Source of the DNA: a bacterium
GTDB lineage: Bacteria > JACRDZ01 > JAQUKH01
Direction of reading: 5' to 3'
NCBI GenBank assembly: GCA_028719205.1
Contig: JAQUKH010000002.1
Coordinates: 62,001-96,827 of the forward strand
DNA length: 34,827 nt
This document shows positions 29,183 through 34,827 of the stretch, one piece after another (within the stretch, counting starts at the first letter, position 1; each line of letters begins with the position of its first letter). The notes under the pieces are model-generated. The model was not told where the DNA came from, did not search any database, and saw only the letters and a list, made by a program, of their open reading frames with translations. The translations under genes were made by a program, and so were the position numbers.

Positions 29183-30937
29183 TTAGCCAAACACCTTAGA
29201 TAACCCCGACCACATGTAGAAGAAAATGACGCGGAGAAATTTCGGGGCGCGGACATTGAATATCATTATGGACCATTCAAGGTCTTTCATGTTGCAGGTG
29301 GTTGAGCGGCTGTATTTATCCATATGGCGTTTCATGCTTTGGAGTTTATTGTTTCTTTCCGTTTCATCTTTTATAGTCAAAACTTTGTCGATCTCTTTGG
29401 AAAACGCGTATGCCTCTAGTATTTTTTCTTCCTGTTTCTTTGCCTGTTTAGGAGTGAATAAACCATGCTTCAGTTTTATTTTATTCATTCCGAGCGCTGA
29501 TTCATATGAACTTTCAACTATACCGTCCCTTGAAAGCCATTTCGTTTCGTAATTTAATATATATTTCCAGCTCGGCTGTAAAAGTGCCTGCCTGTGTTCC
29601 TCTAATGTGCGATAAAAAAGTTTATAGCCGTGCGCCTCGGGATTTTCAAATACCTTGGAGCCGGGATCAAGGAATGGAGAAAGCGGAGATATATAAACGG
29701 AAAGTTTTTTGGATTTCGCGAATCTTCCCAGCAGATAATCACAATAATCCACGGTTCCCATGACTGATTCTTTTGTCTGTTCAGGCAGGCCTATCATGAA
29801 GAAAAGGTCGACCCTTCCGACACCTAACGCTATGGCATTCTCGATCATGTCTTCTGTTTCTTTATTTGTAAAATGACGGCCGAATAGATTTCTGACGCGT
29901 TCATCATGCGATTCGGGAGAAAGCAGTATATTAAAACGCGGGATTGCTTCGCTGATATGTATCAGTTCTTCTTTTGTCGGAGGCAGAGACACCTCAAAAA
30001 TGATCTGGTTGGAAATTTTGAGCCTTTTAAATTCTTCAAGAAGCTCAAAACTGTATTCTTTCCCGTTAAGAAACAGGTCCCCGATCAATAGCAGCGGTCC
30101 GTTGATAAAACGGGTTAAACTTTTTATCTCTTCTCCTATATTTTTTGGGGTCCGGTAAACCGCCTTTCGCCTGCCGCAATGTTCTTTGTAAAAATCATTG
30201 GAGCCGCCGCAAACATTGCAGTTATAATTGCACCCGCGGCTCAAGACAATAGCCGTGACAGGATAATCAACCCACGATGTGAACGGCAAATATCCTGACA
30301 AGTCCAGGTCTCTCAACGCGGAGAAGAAAATGTTTTTATAATCAATTTGTATGTTCTCTAATTCGTCCGGTATATAGCTGAATTTATTATAAATTATTTC
30401 TCCCTGCTCGTTTTTCCAGCAGAGATTCGGTATCTGTTCAAAATTTTTTCCATTTTTTAATGTGGTAATGAGCTGTTCCATAAGGGGTTCCGTAGAATCT
30501 CCCCGGAAACAATAATCTATAAAAGGATATGCCATTACTTCTTTATGATAATAAGTGGCTGAAATGCCTCCAAAAACTACCTTTGAATAAGGGTGTATTT
30601 TTTTTACAAGTTTTGCGACTTCAACGCTTCCATGCGCGTGGCATAACCAATGAAGATCAATGCCGAATACCCGGCTTTTAATCGAACCTAATAATTTCTC
30701 CACATCTAATTTCGGGTCAAGAAGCATCTTTACGGCAAGATTGAGTATCCGGACGCGCATACCTTTATTTTTGAGGTGTCTCGCTATTGATCCAAATCCG
30801 ATCGGATATATCTCAAATATAGAGCTTGATGGAACTACATCGCTTATGGGGCCGAACATAATAGAAGTTTTACGGAAGTCATATACTGCCGGAGCATGTA
30901 AAAGAACCAAATCGTATTTGTAATTATTAGCTGACAT
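29183..30937 (-). CDS. Cobalamin-binding radical SAM protein, TIGR04190 (Ta0216)-like
   Basis: DLVLLHAPAVYDFR...GPISDVVPSS..FEIYPIGF, GIDLHWL.HAHG, RGCNYNCNVCGG, PFLDPGS, WKYILNYET. Family assigned from recalled motifs. Confidence 0.85.
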   Translation of the reverse strand: MSANNYKYDLVLLHAPAVYDFRKTSIMFGPISDVVPSSSIFEIYPIGFGSIARHLKNKGMRVRILNLAVKMLLDPKLDVEKLLGSIKSRVFGIDLHWLCHAHGSVEVAKLVKKIHPYSKVVFGGISATYYHKEVMAYPFIDYCFRGDSTEPLMEQLITTLKNGKNFEQIPNLCWKNEQGEIIYNKFSYIPDELENIQIDYKNIFFSALRDLDLSGYLPFTSWVDYPVTAIVLSRGCNYNCNVCGGSNDFYKEHCGRRKAVYRTPKNIGEEIKSLTRFINGPLLLIGDLFLNGKEYSFELLEEFKRLKISNQIIFEVSLPPTKEELIHISEAIPRFNILLSPESHDERVRNLFGRHFTNKETEDMIENAIALGVGRVDLFFMIGLPEQTKESVMGTVDYCDYLLGRFAKSKKLSVYISPLSPFLDPGSKVFENPEAHGYKLFYRTLEEHRQALLQPSWKYILNYETKWLSRDGIVESSYESALGMNKIKLKHGLFTPKQAKKQEEKILEAYAFSKEIDKVLTIKDETERNNKLQSMKRHMDKYSRSTTCNMKDLEWSIMIFNVRAPKFLRVIFFYMWSGLSKVFG

Positions 30938-30945
30938 ATTTATTC

Positions 30946-30973
30946 ATTATATGAATATTTGAAACTATGTCAA
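30946..30973 (-). promoter_or_regulatory. Sigma70-type promoter giving a near-leaderless transcript of the radical SAM gene
   Basis: TTGACA (30973-30968), 16 bp, TATAAT (30951-30946). ATG at 30937, no SD. Confidence 0.65.
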
Positions 30974-31001
30974 CAAATTTATTCAATGGTTTAGAAATCG
31001 C

Positions 31002-31030
31002 TTGCTATTAAGTGGAAAATTAGGTATATT
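31002..31030 (+). promoter_or_regulatory. Sigma70-type promoter for the beta-barrel/lepA unit
   Basis: TTGCTA, 17 bp, TATATT. Confidence 0.45.
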
Positions 31031-31055
31031 ATTAAATAATATTTTAAAGGAATAA

Positions 31056-31970
31056 ATGAAAATAAAAATATTTTTTTTAGGATTAATTGCTTTTGTATCT
31101 GCATTTTCAGGAGCAGTCCTGGCCTCTGATCCGGCGGCTAAAGCGGATCCAAATTTACCAAAAATAATAGGTTCCCGCGTTTTGGGATTAGGCGGGGCGT
31201 TTACAGCGATAGCAAATGACGCTAATGCCGTATTTATAAATCCCGCCGGAATTCTTCAGATAAAAGGCGGTTTTCTGGATATGGGTTATAATGCCGCAAG
31301 TGATAAAAATTTTTATAGCGCGCACATGGGTTTTGCAAATTCTTCGCCTGCGGAGAATGAGGCGGCGGGGCTGGGTTTTTATACCAAAGGAAATAATATC
31401 GACCAGGTGAAAGACCGCCAGCATATTATTTTAATTTCATTAGCCCAGGCATATACTAAAAATTTTTATTTTGGCGGTAACGCGAAATATATTAAAAATA
31501 CAAGTGAGAACGAGATAGATATAACCTCAACAAAAGAATCCGCTTTTAGTTTTGATATAGGCATGCTTTTCACATTGAATGAATTTGTTTCTTTAGGGGT
31601 TATGGGTTATGATCTGGGGAAACCGGATATTTCTACTAATCCCAGAAAAGTAACAGCGGGATTGGGTTTGAACTTTACACCGGTTATGAATATAGGGTTT
31701 GATGTCGATCATTTTGCGCAAAAAGGTATATCTCAGCGGGATTATCATGCCGGGATTGATTTTTTACCTCAACAGAGTATGAGCGTTCAGCTTGGATATT
31801 ATACTGACAAATTAAATAATACAGAGGCAATTACCGGCGGATTCAGGCTGCAGCTTAAGCAAAAAGACAGAAATGATTATATTGGTTATGCCTATTCTGA
31901 GGAACTGCGGGAAGGGTCAGACGGAAAAATAGAAAAACTTCATTCAGTTGCTATAGGGTTGTTCTACTAA
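31056..31970 (+). CDS. Outer-membrane beta-barrel protein (FadL/PorV/UPF0164-like N-terminus)
   Basis: Signal peptide, [27 protein letters not shown], amphipathic strands, C-terminal aromatic (GLFY). Confidence 0.8.
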   Translation: MKIKIFFLGLIAFVSAFSGAVLASDPAAKADPNLPKIIGSRVLGLGGAFTAIANDANAVFINPAGILQIKGGFLDMGYNAASDKNFYSAHMGFANSSPAENEAAGLGFYTKGNNIDQVKDRQHIILISLAQAYTKNFYFGGNAKYIKNTSENEIDITSTKESAFSFDIGMLFTLNEFVSLGVMGYDLGKPDISTNPRKVTAGLGLNFTPVMNIGFDVDHFAQKGISQRDYHAGIDFLPQQSMSVQLGYYTDKLNNTEAITGGFRLQLKQKDRNDYIGYAYSEELREGSDGKIEKLHSVAIGLFY

Positions 31971-31974
31971 TTTT

Positions 31975-33768
31975 ATGTCAAAAAAAATTCGTAATTTTTC
32001 AATTGTAGCTCATATCGATCACGGCAAGTCTACTTTAGCTGACCGTTTGCTGGAATATACCGGAACTATTCAGAGCAGGAATATGATGGCTCAGGTTCTG
32101 GATAAAATGGATCTTGAACGGGAGCGCGGGATCACCATAAAAGCGCATACCTGCCGGCTTATGTATAAAGATAAGTCAGGAGATATTTATCGCCTGAATT
32201 TGATCGATACGCCGGGACATGTGGATTTCAGTTATGAAGTCTCCCGCAGCCTTGCTGCCTGTGAAGGTGTTGTTCTTGTGGTTGACGCGGCGCAGGGGGT
32301 TGAGGCTCAGACTATCGCAAATTATTATCTTGCCAAAGAAAATAAACTTAAAATAATCCCGATAATTAATAAGATCGATCTTCCCAGCGCGGATATTCCA
32401 AGAACAAAAAATCAGATAATCCAATTGGTGGAATGCGATGAAGAAGACATTATAGAAGTCAGCGCCAAGAAAGGTATCGGAATTGAAGAACTTGTGACAG
32501 CTATTATTAATAAAATTCCTGCTCCGAAAGGAGAAAATACTGCTCCTTTATCAGCGCTTATTTTTGATTCCTTTTTTGATACATATCGCGGTGTGGTTAT
32601 TTATGTCCGGCTTTTTCAAGGGAAGGTTCATCCCGGCATGAAAATAAAGTTCATGTCCAACAGTAAAGTTTTTGAAGTGCTGGAGGTTGGTATTTTTCAT
32701 CCCGAGATGTCAAAGGAAAAGGAATTGTCCTGCGGTGAAGTAGGATATATTGTCGCGGGGATCAAAGATGTTAAGGATGTTGCCCTCGGAGATACAGTAA
32801 CTGACGCCCATAATCCTGTTAACGTTCCGTTGCCAGGTTATAAAAAATTACAGCCTATGGTTTTTTGCGGTTTATATTCTATAGAGCCTAATGAACATAA
32901 TTTATTGCGCGAGGCGCTCGGAAAATTAAGTTTGAATGATTCTTCTTTTGTTTATGAACCGGAAGTTTCCCAGGCGCTTGGAATAGGTTTCAGGTGCGGA
33001 TTTTTAGGTATGCTTCATATGGAGATAGTCCAGGAGCGCCTGGAAAGAGAATATAATTTAAGTTTAATAATCAGCACGCCAAATGTTGTATACCAGGTTA
33101 TGAAGAGAAATTGCGAGATACAATTGATCCAAAACCCGGCGGAATTTCCGCCTCCCAGTGAAATTGAAATTGTTGAAGAGCCGTATATCAGGGCCATGAT
33201 AATGATCCCGACTGAATATACCGGGCCCGTAATGGCGCTTTGCCAGGAACGCCGCGGGAAATATCTGGAAGTCCAGTATTTGGAAAAAACTCACGCGATA
33301 CTGAGGTATGAACTGCCTCTGTCTTCAATAATTGTTGATTTTTATGATAAATTGAAATCTATGACCAGAGGTTATGGTTCCTTTGACTATGAGTTAATAG
33401 GCTATCGTCCTGACGATCTTGTTAAAGTTGACATTTTAATTAATCATGAACAGGTGGAGGCGCTTTCATTTATAGCGCACAAAGATGAGGCTTTTTACAG
33501 CGGGCGTGAACTGGCTACCAAGCTTAGAGAAATTATACCTCGCCAGCAGTTTGAAGTGGCTATTCAGGCGGCTATTGGTTCACGCGTGATCGCCAGAGAA
33601 ACTGTCAAAGCGTTTCGAAAGGATGTTACCGGATATCTTTATGGAGGAGATATAACCCGCAAGAAAAAGCTTTTGGAAAAACAGAAGAAAGGCAAAAAGC
33701 GCATGAAAATGCTTGGCCGGGTAGAAATACCGCAAGAGGCTTTTATGGCAGTATTAAAAAGGGAATGA
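31975..33768 (+). CDS. lepA: Elongation factor 4
   Basis: [64 protein letters not shown]. Confidence 0.98.
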   Translation: MSKKIRNFSIVAHIDHGKSTLADRLLEYTGTIQSRNMMAQVLDKMDLERERGITIKAHTCRLMYKDKSGDIYRLNLIDTPGHVDFSYEVSRSLAACEGVVLVVDAAQGVEAQTIANYYLAKENKLKIIPIINKIDLPSADIPRTKNQIIQLVECDEEDIIEVSAKKGIGIEELVTAIINKIPAPKGENTAPLSALIFDSFFDTYRGVVIYVRLFQGKVHPGMKIKFMSNSKVFEVLEVGIFHPEMSKEKELSCGEVGYIVAGIKDVKDVALGDTVTDAHNPVNVPLPGYKKLQPMVFCGLYSIEPNEHNLLREALGKLSLNDSSFVYEPEVSQALGIGFRCGFLGMLHMEIVQERLEREYNLSLIISTPNVVYQVMKRNCEIQLIQNPAEFPPPSEIEIVEEPYIRAMIMIPTEYTGPVMALCQERRGKYLEVQYLEKTHAILRYELPLSSIIVDFYDKLKSMTRGYGSFDYELIGYRPDDLVKVDILINHEQVEALSFIAHKDEAFYSGRELATKLREIIPRQQFEVAIQAAIGSRVIARETVKAFRKDVTGYLYGGDITRKKKLLEKQKKGKKRMKMLGRVEIPQEAFMAVLKRE

Positions 33769-34140
33769 TCATACAGCGGTTCTGGCTAATATATTTCTAA
33801 CAAGTTCTCTAAATTGGTCATTTTTGAACGGCTTGGTAACATACGCGGCAAGATTGGCGTTTACAAGTTCATAATCATCTTTCATATATTGGAAAGCGGT
33901 GCATACAATAATGGGCATATTTTTATCGATCTTTCTTACCTGCTGAATTAATTCGATTCCATTCATCTCCGGCATTTTTATATCAGTGATTATAAGATTT
34001 ATTTTATTAGACGCCATTTTTTCCAATGCGGCAATACCATTTTTGGCCATGATAAGGCTGTAATCTTTATTTTTTCCAAAAAGTTCCTGATATACAAAAT
34101 GTAATGCGGAATCGTCATCTACAATTAAAATATTATACAT
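33769..34140 (-). CDS. Single-domain response regulator (CheY-like)
   Basis: ILIVDDD, ITDIKMPEMNG, TA, KPF. Confidence 0.92.
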   Translation of the reverse strand: MYNILIVDDDSALHFVYQELFGKNKDYSLIMAKNGIAALEKMASNKINLIITDIKMPEMNGIELIQQVRKIDKNMPIIVCTAFQYMKDDYELVNANLAAYVTKPFKNDQFRELVRNILARTAV

Positions 34141-34827
34141 TAGGAAATGTCCTTTCTTGGTAAAACTATTTCAAAACAAGTTTCGCCTTTATCACAACTT
34201 GAAACTTTGATTTCACCCCCGTGTATTTCAATAATTTTTTTAGATAGGGTTAAACCAACTCCTGTTCCATCGCTTTTTGTGGTAAAAAACGGATCAAATA
34301 TCTTTTTCATGATTTCAGACGGTATTCCTTTACCGTTATCAATGAATCTTACTGAAATATGTTCTTTGTCAAAAGAGGACTGGATCTTTATTATACCTTC
34401 GTCTTCAACCGCGTCAATCGCGTTTACAAATATATTTGAAAAGACCTGCTCTATTTTGGGACCATCTGCTGTTGTCATAGGTAAATTTTCGGCTAAAGTA
34501 ACCTCTAACTTGATTTCTTTTTTCTTTACGCTATTTTTTAATGAAGAGACAGTTTTTAAAAGAAGAGTATTAATCTGCTGTTCTGATTTGAATAATACGG
34601 GAGATTTTGTAAAACTTAGTATGCTGACAATCAGATCGCTTAGTTTTTGTGCCTGCTTAATTATTACCTCAGTATATTTTTTGCACGGGGCGTTCACTTC
34701 GGTATTTTCATTAAGTATGTCTGATATGGATAAAATTACCTGAACCGGATTTTTAATCTCATGCGCTACTGTAGAGGTTATTTCACCAAGTTCCGCGAGC
34801 TGGTGAGATTGCTTAAGCTGGTGTTCC
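34140..34827 (-). CDS. Sensor histidine kinase, 5'-truncated by window edge
   Basis: Frame is open to the edge: EHQLKQSHQLAELGEITSTVAHEIKNP (H-box), NIFVNAIDA, DNGKGI, FFTTK..GTGVGL. TAATG overlap with the regulator. Confidence 0.93.
   Translation of the reverse strand, partial: EHQLKQSHQLAELGEITSTVAHEIKNPVQVILSISDILNENTEVNAPCKKYTEVIIKQAQKLSDLIVSILSFTKSPVLFKSEQQINTLLLKTVSSLKNSVKKKEIKLEVTLAENLPMTTADGPKIEQVFSNIFVNAIDAVEDEGIIKIQSSFDKEHISVRFIDNGKGIPSEIMKKIFDPFFTTKSDGTGVGLTLSKKIIEIHGGEIKVSSCDKGETCFEIVLPRKDIS

Overview
AT-rich chromosomal segment from a diderm bacterium (it encodes a TolC and an outer-membrane beta-barrel). Taxonomy cannot be fixed from the sequence alone. Left part (1-10 kb) is housekeeping: 3' end of gatB, a REC-GAF-HD-GYP regulator, a 477-bp non-coding gap with DnaA boxes and IHF-consensus sites (oriC/datA-like candidate), gcvH-panD, a divergent YchF paralogue, glgC, a ferredoxin and the SAM-cycle genes metK-apt-ahcY. 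Middle part (10-20 kb) is accessory: Na/Pi cotransporter, cupins, a secreted hypothetical protein, a Cache-HAMP histidine kinase interrupted by one in-frame TAG, a paralogue remnant, DUF1801, DinB, GIY-YIG, a DJ-1/YHS fusion, an aminotransferase and an RHH-PIN toxin-antitoxin pair. Right part (20-31 kb, minus strand) is a TetR-TolC-MFP-RND-metallophosphoesterase operon ending in an HpnR-like B12 radical SAM gene, preceded by a second (TIGR04190-like) B12 radical SAM gene. The window ends with a beta-barrel gene, lepA and a convergent two-component pair. I saw no rRNA, tRNA, CRISPR array, transposase or integrase. The best leads are the DnaA/IHF cluster, the double B12-radical SAM/RND efflux locus, the structured RNA candidates around metK/ahcY and the amber-split kinase. 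All family calls come from motif recognition by eye, not database searches.
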